Assembly (NCBI GenBank): GCA_003559395.1
Contig: PWLL01000014.1
Location: forward strand, 1-14,543
From: Candidatus Iainarchaeum sp.
GTDB lineage: Archaea; Iainarchaeota; Iainarchaeia; Iainarchaeales; CSSED10-239
Reading direction: 5' to 3'
DNA: 14,543 nt
In this document: positions 1 to 6,350 of the stretch, one piece after another
Layout: the number at the start of each line of letters is the position of its first letter
Position numbering within the stretch: position 1 is the stretch's first letter
Translations under genes and position numbers: made by a program
The notes under the pieces: model-generated
What the model saw: only the letters and a program-made list of their open reading frames with translations
Database searches by the model: none
Told to the model about the DNA's origin: nothing

Positions 1-83
1 AAGATATGCCTGTTGAGATAAGCTACACTATTGGAAGTTCAGCAATCAGATATTATTTAGCACCAAGAGTAGATAGTGAGTAA
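1..83 (+). CDS. pcn: 3' end of the DNA sliding clamp PCNA gene (partial; runs off the left edge)
   Basis: Frame 3 reads ...DMPVEISYTIGSSAIRYYLAPRVDSE* with TAA at 81-83. The motif [hydrophobic]-YYLAPR/K-[VI]-[ED] followed by an acidic tail is the characteristic PCNA C-terminus (human PCNA ends ...KYYLAPKIEDEEGS). Only 26 codons are visible. Confidence 0.6.
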   Translation, partial: DMPVEISYTIGSSAIRYYLAPRVDSE

Positions 84-90
84 GAAACGA

Positions 91-112
91 TTTGTCGTTT
101 TATTCCGACAAA
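91..112. repeat. 7-bp inverted repeat (possible terminator hairpin) between the convergent pcn and cdc6 genes
   Basis: tttgtcg (91-97) and cgacaaa (106-112) are separated by an 8-nt loop. A third related copy, ttgtcga, is at 124-130. No oligo-T tract follows on the plus strand. Confidence 0.25.
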
Positions 113-183
113 CAAAACCATGGTTGTCGATTTAACCTTATCGCCAAGAAGTATATGTCCTGAACTTGTTAGGTCATAGTAAT

Positions 184-1266
184 TCACATCGACAACAAAT
201 CTTTCTCAAAATTCAAAAAAATCTTTCTTTTTCTTCCTTTGCCTGTATTTATTTCTTCTATTCTTAAAATATTCTGTTTTTCAAACAAAGAAAGATATCT
301 TCTTGCACTTCTTTCAGAAACGATTTGTTTTTTATAAAGTTCAGAAGTTAACATTCCATCTTCTATATTTTTTAAAAAAACCATTTGTTCTTCAGAAAGA
401 AAAGATTTTTTTTCAGAAAACTTAATAGAGTCTATTAATTTTGCAGCTTCTAAAAGATTTTTTTTACTTATCTTTAAAGAGCCTTGTTTTTCAGAAAGCT
501 TTGCTGATTTATATAGAAGGTCAATAGCAATTCGTGCATCCCCTCCTCTTTTTGCAGAAAAACCAGCAACATATCCAATAAAGTCATCAGAAATAACATC
601 TTTAATCAAACCATACTCAACTCTTTCTTTTAATATTTCTTTAAGTTGTTTTGGAGAATATCTAGAAAAAGGAACATTATTTAAAAATAAAGAGCTTTGT
701 GTTCTGGCATCTAGATTTAAGAAAAAGTTTTTATTTTTTGTAATCAAGATTAAACAAAACCTGTTTTTATTTTCAGAAACACGAGATAGATCATATAGGA
801 TTTCAGAACAAGCATCTGAGGATATTTGATCTATTTCATCAATAACAATAATTGGTGTAAAAGAAGCTTTTGAAAGACTTTCTTTTATTCTTTGAAAAAT
901 CTCATCTACAGCAAGCCCTCTTCTAGGAAGAACAATATCAAACAAAAGAGCGATTTTGTGTAAGATAGAATGTTTGGTTTTGTCTGAAATTGCATTAATG
1001 TAGAGGAATTTTATGTTTGAGCTATAACTAATAAGATGATTTAGAATAAATTTAGTTACAAGTGTCTTACCTGTGCCAGGAGGCCCGTAAATAAGAACAT
1101 CTTGTGCTTTTTTCTTTGTTATTAATGGGGACAACAGGTGTTTTATTTCACTTGTTTCTCTCTCTCTTGCATGAATCTCTTCAGGACAATAATCTATATC
1201 AAAAACAGATTCATCTTTAAACAAAGTGTTTATTTTTTTTGAATCTGCGAATATGTTTTTTTTCAA
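184..1266 (-). CDS. cdc6: Orc1/Cdc6 replication initiator (AAA+ domain plus C-terminal winged helix)
   Basis: N-terminal LFKDESVFDIDYCPEEIHARERE matches the Cdc6 pattern (..L..dYvPe.l.hRe.E). Walker A is YGPPGTGKT and Walker B is IVIDEID. GGDARIAIDLL is the sensor-2 region and is followed by a winged-helix-like tail. There is no in-frame ATG upstream of the conserved N-terminus, so initiation must be at TTG (1264-1266), two codons after an in-frame TGA. Confidence 0.93.
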   Translation of the reverse strand: MKKNIFADSKKINTLFKDESVFDIDYCPEEIHARERETSEIKHLLSPLITKKKAQDVLIYGPPGTGKTLVTKFILNHLISYSSNIKFLYINAISDKTKHSILHKIALLFDIVLPRRGLAVDEIFQRIKESLSKASFTPIIVIDEIDQISSDACSEILYDLSRVSENKNRFCLILITKNKNFFLNLDARTQSSLFLNNVPFSRYSPKQLKEILKERVEYGLIKDVISDDFIGYVAGFSAKRGGDARIAIDLLYKSAKLSEKQGSLKISKKNLLEAAKLIDSIKFSEKKSFLSEEQMVFLKNIEDGMLTSELYKKQIVSERSARRYLSLFEKQNILRIEEINTGKGRKRKIFLNFEKDLLSM

Positions 1267-1384
1267 GATTGATCACTAATAAAATAAGAACAAAAGTTAA
1301 TAAAAAGAAATGGGTTTGATATTTTGTAGTTTTTTGTATAGATTTTGTTTTTGTTTTGTTGTTCTAAACTTTAATGTTTTTTAG

Positions 1385-1391
1385 AAAAAAA
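1385..1391 (-). terminator. Oligo-T tract (T7) immediately after the stop codon of the pilin-LamG gene
   Basis: The minus strand reads TAA-TTTTTTT-CT. Archaeal intrinsic termination commonly uses oligo-T tracts. The next gene (cdc6) starts ~120 nt further on. Confidence 0.45.
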
Positions 1392-2549
1392 TTATGCTTT
1401 TTCTAAATTATATAGCTTTTTTATTTCTTCTATAGTAAGTGCTCTATCATATATTCTAAGTTCATCAACAACACCATTAATTGCTCTTTCAAATGTTGTT
1501 GTGTAACCCCATTTTCCAACAAATATATTTCTATTGCTAAAATTATATTTTATCTCTTTAGAAACTTCTTCATAATTTCTTAAGATACCATCTACATAAA
1601 ATTTTGTTTTTTGTCCGTCATAAGTTGCAACCAAATGATACCATATATTTTCACTTACTGTAACATCATCTGCAAAAATTTGTGAACGTGTATCATCTGT
1701 AAATGATAAATAAAAACCAAATTTGCCTATATTTTCTTGATGTCTTATTATCCATGAATGATAAACAGGCCCTCCGGCCCTAGCTTTACTTAGTATCATG
1801 TTTCCTGTAGAATGGCTGCCAGCACCTTTAATTTTTACCCACAAAGACAAACTAATATTATTTACGTCATAAATAGAGTTATCTCCTAAATCAATATAAG
1901 TATTGATGCCATCATATTTATATGCTTGTCCAACAACTCCATCAACCATTGTTGCGCCCTGAACCGTGCCATGATTTTGATGTTGTGAAGAATCCTTTAC
2001 ATCACCTTCAAACTTCCACCAACCAACTAAACCACACAAAAAATTATCAACTTTTGATAAATCATTTTGAATTACATTTACTCTTATATACGCATTATTT
2101 TCTGTAATAAGATTTACTCTAAAACTAGTTTCTGGAAAACAATCAAGTCTGAAAATTTCTGTTGAGTTTGAAGATAGATAAATAGGTTCTTCTAGATCAA
2201 ACGTTTTATTGTGTAAAGAATCAAAAGAAATATGATCTTTAGAAGGCATGATCTGATAACCAACAATGTTTGCATCTTCTGAAGGATGACTGTTGGCTAA
2301 AGTTACAAAGTTTCCAGAAACTCTTTGAGAAGTAACAAAGCCAGTTAGATTAGATGTAGAAAAGATATCTTCTGTTTCTTTTGTTCTCTCTGTTAAAAAA
2401 TCTGTTCCCCAGCCTAACAAAAGACCAACTAAAGCAACAACGATGACGATCAATAAGATACTTGCGATTAATGGAGAGATGGTTTTTTTGGAAATTTTTC
2501 TTAGTTTAAGTCTATCTTTAAACATTGGGTTTCTTTTTCTTAAGGACAT
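1392..2549 (-). CDS. Pilin-like protein: archaeal class III (prepilin) signal and hydrophobic N-terminus fused to a C-terminal LamG/concanavalin-A-like lectin domain
   Basis: The N-terminus ...KISKKT-ISPLIASILLIVIVVALVGLLLGWGTDF shares its pattern with the three pilins at 5883-7315. The C-terminal ~210 aa carry Laminin_G_3 hallmarks: GLVGWWKFEGDVKDSS.H.NHGTV.GA..V.GVVGQAYKYDG.NTYIDLG, ISLSLWVK, WYHLVATYDGQKTKFYVDG and GVVDELRIYDRALTIEEIKKLY. The start is uncertain: Met1 at 2549 or Met9 at 2525. Confidence 0.85.
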   Translation of the reverse strand: MSLRKRNPMFKDRLKLRKISKKTISPLIASILLIVIVVALVGLLLGWGTDFLTERTKETEDIFSTSNLTGFVTSQRVSGNFVTLANSHPSEDANIVGYQIMPSKDHISFDSLHNKTFDLEEPIYLSSNSTEIFRLDCFPETSFRVNLITENNAYIRVNVIQNDLSKVDNFLCGLVGWWKFEGDVKDSSQHQNHGTVQGATMVDGVVGQAYKYDGINTYIDLGDNSIYDVNNISLSLWVKIKGAGSHSTGNMILSKARAGGPVYHSWIIRHQENIGKFGFYLSFTDDTRSQIFADDVTVSENIWYHLVATYDGQKTKFYVDGILRNYEEVSKEIKYNFSNRNIFVGKWGYTTTFERAINGVVDELRIYDRALTIEEIKKLYNLEKA

Positions 2550-2550
2550 A

Positions 2551-2562
2551 ACAATATATTGT
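2551..2562. promoter_or_regulatory. Perfect 12-bp palindrome ACAATATATTGT next to the pilin-LamG start codon
   Basis: It lies 1 nt upstream of the ATG at 2549 (minus strand). It sits between that start and a TATA-like TTTTTTAAAGG element (rc of 2568-2578). This is an operator-like position if the mRNA is leaderless. Confidence 0.3.
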
Positions 2563-2707
2563 CTAAAACCTTTAAAAAACTAACGATTCTTTATTTTTGT
2601 GCACATATTTTGCACTGGCCACCAACCCTCTTACAAAACAAACCCCCTTTCTGAAGACCTTATTATTTTAGAAACAATTTTAAAAAAATAAAAAAAGGGT
2701 GATATAT

Positions 2708-2884
2708 ATGCAAATAATAGATAAAAAAAGCTTATGTGAATTTCAAACAAGCTTCTTAATAAAAATAAAACACACGATCCTTAAAAGAATAGAAACAGAA
2801 AAAGAAATAAACAAACCACATACAAGAATGCTATTTGACGTTTTGTCTGAGCTAGATAATAGAAGAATTGATTTTTCTTCTTAA
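2708..2884 (+). CDS. Small hypothetical protein (58 aa from the ATG), possibly a ribbon-helix-helix-like regulator
   Basis: The ORF track begins at GTG 2699, but ATG 2708 has a GGGTGA Shine-Dalgarno-like element (2697-2702) 5 nt upstream. It sits in the largest intergenic region, between divergent pilus-related genes. The pattern KKSLCEFQTS (strand) - FLIKIKHTILKRIE (helix) - KPHTRMLFDVLSEL (helix) loosely resembles CopG/Arc-type RHH proteins. Coding status is unproven. Confidence 0.3.
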   Translation: MQIIDKKSLCEFQTSFLIKIKHTILKRIETEKEINKPHTRMLFDVLSELDNRRIDFSS

Positions 2885-2920
2885 TTTTTTTCTTAAAATT
2901 ACAAAAAATACAAAAAATAA

Positions 2921-2929
2921 AAATATATA
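2921..2929 (+). promoter_or_regulatory. TATA-box-like element for the four-gene pseudopilin-like cassette
   Basis: AAATATATA is centred ~26-29 nt upstream of the TTG/ATG at 2951/2954, which is the spacing expected for a leaderless or near-leaderless archaeal mRNA. It is preceded by a 2 x 9-bp tandem ACAAAAAAT (2901-2918). AT-rich background makes chance matches likely. Confidence 0.3.
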
Positions 2930-2953
2930 CAAAGAAAACAAAAACATTGTTTG

Positions 2954-3445
2954 ATGACAAAACAAAAAGGGTTTTTTAGTATAATAACATTAATGTATAT
3001 TTTAATAATAATAGTAACAACAGAAACAATCACACCACAACTACTAGAAATAGGAACAATGACACTTGCAGAAACACAAAAACAATCAAAAATAATAACA
3101 ATAGAACAGATTATAGAAAATAATCTTGATAACGATATTGAAAATACCTTTATTCTAAAACAAATGATTAATCTTAACTTGATTGCTTTTTTTGAAGAAA
3201 ACCCTCTTTTTGTTTATAACATAATAGATAAACAAAAACAAGAACTTACTTTTGAAAAACTAGACGAACTTTCTAACGTTATTGTCTATAAACCATCAAA
3301 ACATATGCTCATAAAAATATACACAATAACAAACGGTCGTGACAAAAACAAATTTGTTTCTGTAAACCTAAAAAACATAAACTATAAAACTTCTTTTCTT
3401 TTTCCAGAAGGATATACTAAAAGAGTGATTGTTTATAAGCTGTAA
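2954..3445 (+). CDS. Orphan prepilin/pseudopilin-like protein 1 (K-G-hydrophobic N-terminus)
   Basis: N-terminus is M(M)TKQKG-FFSIITLMYILIIIVTT: a short basic leader, then Lys-Gly, then a ~20-aa hydrophobic helix, which is class III signal-like. ATG is at 2954 (TTG at 2951). It is the first gene of a four-gene overlapping cassette. I recognise no family for the remainder. Confidence 0.6.
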   Translation: MTKQKGFFSIITLMYILIIIVTTETITPQLLEIGTMTLAETQKQSKIITIEQIIENNLDNDIENTFILKQMINLNLIAFFEENPLFVYNIIDKQKQELTFEKLDELSNVIVYKPSKHMLIKIYTITNGRDKNKFVSVNLKNINYKTSFLFPEGYTKRVIVYKL

Positions 3446-3665
3446 AGGTGTTTTATCTTTAGAGTTTTTATTCTTTCTTATGATCTTGTTAATGATTATT
3501 GGTTTGTTAATAAACCTTAACACAACAATAGTAAAAGGAATAGAAACACAAGAAATAGAAAAAGAATATATAAACAATATAAAAAACATAAAAAACGAAC
3601 ACTTAGAAAAAATAAACGGTGCTTTTTTTGAAAAAAATATCCAAAGGCCAAATTTTTATTTATGA
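3429..3665 (+). CDS. Orphan prepilin/pseudopilin-like protein 2 (78 aa)
   Basis: N-terminus is MFISCKG-VLSLEFLFFLMILLMIIGLL, with Gly followed by a hydrophobic segment and Glu at +5, as in bacterial type IV pilins and pseudopilins. The only possible start before the KG motif is TTG 3429, directly after an in-frame TGA. It overlaps the upstream gene by 17 nt. Confidence 0.5.
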   Translation: MFISCKGVLSLEFLFFLMILLMIIGLLINLNTTIVKGIETQEIEKEYINNIKNIKNEHLEKINGAFFEKNIQRPNFYL

Positions 3666-4020
3666 AATATTCATTATCTTACTGGTTGTGATTCTTATAA
3701 TATTTATACAACTACAAATAATCAACAACTATTTTTCAGAAATAAAAACAGAAACAAAAGAAACAAAGATTCTAGAAGAAATCTTGTTTGTTGAAACCCT
3801 GATCTCTGATTGTGAATTTCTTGCAAACCAAAAACAAAAAATTTGCTATAAAAATAATATTTCTTTTAATGAAGATATAGAATATAAAAAACACAACCTA
3901 ACAACAATAACAATCAACAACAAAGAATATTATAAATCTGGAGAAAAAAACCGTTGTTATAAAAGAGGAGTCATCTATAAAAGAGCTTTTGCTTTATTAG
4001 AGGTTTGTTATGAAAGATAA
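3619..4020 (+). CDS. Orphan prepilin/pseudopilin-like protein 3 (133 aa, four Cys)
   Basis: N-terminus is MLFLKKISKG-QIFIYEIFIILLVVILIIF, with an acidic residue at +6. The start is GTG 3619 (or TTG 3628) and overlaps the upstream gene. Cysteines are arranged C-x10-C ... C-x17-C. Confidence 0.55.
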   Translation: MLFLKKISKGQIFIYEIFIILLVVILIIFIQLQIINNYFSEIKTETKETKILEEILFVETLISDCEFLANQKQKICYKNNISFNEDIEYKKHNLTTITINNKEYYKSGEKNRCYKRGVIYKRAFALLEVCYER

Positions 4021-4363
4021 AGGTTTTTTTCTTATTGTTGATGTGATGATTGCATTAATAATGATTAGTTTGTTATTAAATCTAACATATGACTCCCACA
4101 CCTACAAAGAATATGAAAGAATAATAATTACTCAACAAATAAATGACCTATTGTTAACGTCTCAACAACAAAGCCTAACATTAAAAGAAATTACAGAAAA
4201 CGCAAAACTTCTTTTACCCCACAGAAGAATAAAAATAAAACATAATCAAAAAATAACTGAAATTAATAAAAATTTAAGATTTACAGAGAAAATCTCAAAT
4301 TCCATAAGATATATTAATAGTTCTAACAAAGAAATATATATAGAGGTAATTGTTTTTTATTAA
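4010..4363 (+). CDS. Orphan prepilin/pseudopilin-like protein 4 (117 aa)
   Basis: N-terminus MKDKG-FFLIVDVMIALIMISLLL strongly resembles the bacterial KGFTLIE-type prepilin N-terminus (Asp at +6). The ATG start overlaps the upstream gene by 11 nt. Confidence 0.6.
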   Translation: MKDKGFFLIVDVMIALIMISLLLNLTYDSHTYKEYERIIITQQINDLLLTSQQQSLTLKEITENAKLLLPHRRIKIKHNQKITEINKNLRFTEKISNSIRYINSSNKEIYIEVIVFY

Positions 4364-4383
4364 ATTTTAAAATAAGAGAATAT

Positions 4384-5115
4384 ATGTTTTACATAATCGG
4401 AATAGGACTACATCCTAAACAAATAACAAAAGAAGCTTTAGAAATTATTTCTTCTTGTGATAACGTGTATATAGACAACTACACAAACCAGTTCTCTTAT
4501 GGCAATACAAAAGACCTAGAAGAAATTATACAAAAAAAAATAAGCGTGCTTAACAGAGAAGAACTTGAACAAGAACAAGAGTTTATAAAAGATAATTGTT
4601 GTTTGTTAGTGATTGGAAATCCCTTATCTGCAACAACACATTTTACTTTGATAGAAGATGCAAATAAAAAAAACATTTCTACAAAAATAATTCCAGGCAT
4701 TTCTATCTTTAACTATAGAGGCGCAAGTGGTTTATCAGAATATAAGTTTGGAAAAACAACAAGTATTGTATTTCCTGAAAAAAACTATTTTCCTAAAAGT
4801 TTTTATGAAACAATTATAAACAATCTTAAAAACGAAGCCCACACCCTATGTTTGTTAGATATAAAAACTAAACAAAAAAAACTCATGAATGTTTTTGAAG
4901 CCTGTGAGATTCTTGAAAAAATTGATACACAAAAACTACTTGAAAATAAACCATGTGTTTTGTTAGCAGGAATGGGTTCTTTTAAAGAAAAAATAACCTC
5001 TTTTATTTTTAAAGATTATAAAAAAATAGAAGGGTCTGTTTATCCACAATCTTTAATAATCTGTTCTTCACTTAATAATATTGAGCAGGAGGCATTAAAT
5101 GAACACAGACAATAA
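4384..5115 (+). CDS. dph5: Diphthine synthase (tetrapyrrole-methylase fold, EF-2 diphthamide pathway)
   Basis: MFYIIGIGL....IT.EALEII..CD.VY.D.YT, GNPLSATTH, IPGISIF, YKFGKTTSIVFPE.NYFP.SFYE.I..N and HTLCLLDIK closely track archaeal Dph5 (for example the Pyrococcus sequence MVLYFIGLGL.., GDPLVATTH, YKFGKSATV.., HTLLFLDIK). Confidence 0.92.
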   Translation: MFYIIGIGLHPKQITKEALEIISSCDNVYIDNYTNQFSYGNTKDLEEIIQKKISVLNREELEQEQEFIKDNCCLLVIGNPLSATTHFTLIEDANKKNISTKIIPGISIFNYRGASGLSEYKFGKTTSIVFPEKNYFPKSFYETIINNLKNEAHTLCLLDIKTKQKKLMNVFEACEILEKIDTQKLLENKPCVLLAGMGSFKEKITSFIFKDYKKIEGSVYPQSLIICSSLNNIEQEALNEHRQ

Positions 5116-5386
5116 AGAATATTCTTTAAAATATAAAAACTTGCTTGAAAAAGCACATAAAACAATAAAGATAAACATACAAAATGATTCTTTCTTAAAA
5201 GAAGTTGCAGAAGATTTTTTATCAATGAGTAAAAACTATCTAAACGATGGCAAACACTTTGAAGACAAAAAAGACTATTCAAGAGCGCTTGCTTGTTTCT
5301 CTTATGCTTATGGATGGGTTGATGCCGGGGTTAGACTTGGTTTGTTTTATGGCATAGATAGAGATATGTTTACTCTATATAAATAA
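5099..5386 (+). CDS. Small helical archaeal protein, DUF357-like
   Basis: 95 aa. The motif YSRALACFSYAYGWVDAGVRLGLF resembles, from my memory, the conserved core of the archaeal DUF357 family. It overlaps dph5 by 17 nt. The family assignment was not verified. Confidence 0.5.
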   Translation: MNTDNKEYSLKYKNLLEKAHKTIKINIQNDSFLKEVAEDFLSMSKNYLNDGKHFEDKKDYSRALACFSYAYGWVDAGVRLGLFYGIDRDMFTLYK

Positions 5387-5388
5387 AT

Positions 5389-5886
5389 GTGAAAAAAATG
5401 ATTGTAAAGCTAGAAAATGATTTTTGTAAAATAGAAAATAATAATCTTAAAAGCCAGTTAACAAAAAAAGGAATTGGTTTTAAAAAAGAACTTGATTTCT
5501 ATATAGATCTTTATGAAACTTTTTACCTTTTTTGTAAAAACAAAATAACTGTTAAAAAAGATTCTAAAAACCTATCTAAAAAAGAAATATTAGAGATTTG
5601 TAAAAAAAACATAAAAGATTTTGAAAATAAATTCCTCGTCTATGAAGATTTGAAAAATCAAGGATATATTGTTAAAGATGGCACTAGTTTTGGTTTTGAT
5701 TTTAGAGTTTATAAGAACAAAAACGAACATACAGAGTTTGTAGTCGATGTAATCAAAAGTCAAAAAGATACTATAAACAAAATAATAAAATCAGAAAGAC
5801 TTGCAACAACTATAAACGCAAAATGCGTTTTAGCAATCGTTAGTTTAGAAAAAAAAATAATAAAAATAAAAATAGAAAAACTCTAA
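5389..5886 (+). CDS. endA: tRNA-splicing endonuclease, short catalytic-type subunit
   Basis: VYEDLKNQGYIVKDGTSFGFDFRVYKNKNEHTEFVV....RLATTINAKCVLAIV aligns with M. jannaschii EndA (VYKDLRTRGYIVKTGLKYGADFRLYE...HS.YLV...RVAHSVRKKLLIAIV). The Tyr/His/Lys catalytic residues are all present. The start is GTG 5389 or ATG 5398. Confidence 0.88.
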   Translation: MKKMIVKLENDFCKIENNNLKSQLTKKGIGFKKELDFYIDLYETFYLFCKNKITVKKDSKNLSKKEILEICKKNIKDFENKFLVYEDLKNQGYIVKDGTSFGFDFRVYKNKNEHTEFVVDVIKSQKDTINKIIKSERLATTINAKCVLAIVSLEKKIIKIKIEKL

Positions 5887-6338
5887 TTTTCTCTGCAAGT
5901 AACACTTCTTTGAACATTTGGACATAAACTAGGATTTATTTTTAATGTTGTTGGATTTGTAAAACTTTCAAGGTTTTCAATAGTAGCAGTTGTTGATACT
6001 CCCACACTTAAAGAATTAGTATCAAAATCAACTTCTGTTGTAAGAAAATTATCATCTCTATCTGTTATTACTGCATAGAATTTGTTTCTTTCTGGAAAAT
6101 CCAAATTACCTGTATTTGTTAAAATTACAAACATTTCATTTAATGATGGATAAAAACTACAAGAAGTAATTTTTATATCTGCACCCATACAACTAAAATC
6201 AATTGCATCATCTGCAGTATCTGTGCTACGTCTAACAAAATCAACACCCCAGTTAAGCACCAACGCAGTTATAGCAACTACAACTACGATTAACAAAATA
6301 GTGGCAATAACTGGGGATACTGATTTTTGTTTGTTCAT
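5883..6338 (-). CDS. Archaeal type IV pilin paralog C (class III signal peptide)
   Basis: N-terminus MNKQKS-VSPVIATILLIVVVVAITALVLNWG is of the archaeal pilin N-terminal domain type. There are four Cys: C-x9-C and a C-terminal C-P-x7-C. It starts 12 nt after pilin B, and its stop overlaps the endA stop on the other strand. Confidence 0.85.
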   Translation of the reverse strand: MNKQKSVSPVIATILLIVVVVAITALVLNWGVDFVRRSTDTADDAIDFSCMGADIKITSCSFYPSLNEMFVILTNTGNLDFPERNKFYAVITDRDDNFLTTEVDFDTNSLSVGVSTTATIENLESFTNPTTLKINPSLCPNVQRSVTCREN

Positions 6339-6350
6339 TTATTACACAAT

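Noticed and set aside
1322-1359. Five TTTTGT repeats upstream of cdc6 considered as origin recognition boxes
   Set aside because: It is a low-complexity T-rich tract with no dyad symmetry and no resemblance to known ORB or mini-ORB consensus. It is noted only as context in the replication-module finding.
1392-2036. LamG domain considered as a diversity-generating retroelement target
   Set aside because: The window has no reverse transcriptase gene and no template-repeat copy of the 3' end of the gene.
1922-2107. 61-aa plus-strand ORF inside the pilin-LamG gene
   Set aside because: It lies entirely antisense to a well-supported CDS with clear LamG motifs. It has low-complexity His/Leu/Gln-rich content and no start context. 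It is a shadow ORF.
2599-2659. GC-rich island considered as a tRNA or split-tRNA half (given the nearby endA and the DPANN-like context)
   Set aside because: There is no T-loop (GTTCRA), D-loop or acceptor-stem pairing on either strand, so no cloverleaf can be drawn.
2952-2957. TGATGA considered as the C box of a C/D box sRNA
   Set aside because: No CTGA D or D' box lies within the following ~70 nt. The motif coincides with the start codon region (TTG ATG ACA) of cassette gene 1.
3368-3589. 73-aa minus-strand ORF overlapping cassette genes 1 and 2
   Set aside because: It is antisense to the coupled plus-strand cassette. Its Ile/Phe/Asn-rich product is what the complement of AT-rich coding sequence would give, and nothing supports it independently.
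4497-5282. Minus-strand ORFs 4497-4700 and 5040-5282 opposite dph5 and the DUF357-like gene
   Set aside because: Both are antisense to confidently identified genes, and their products have no recognisable motifs. They are shadow ORFs.
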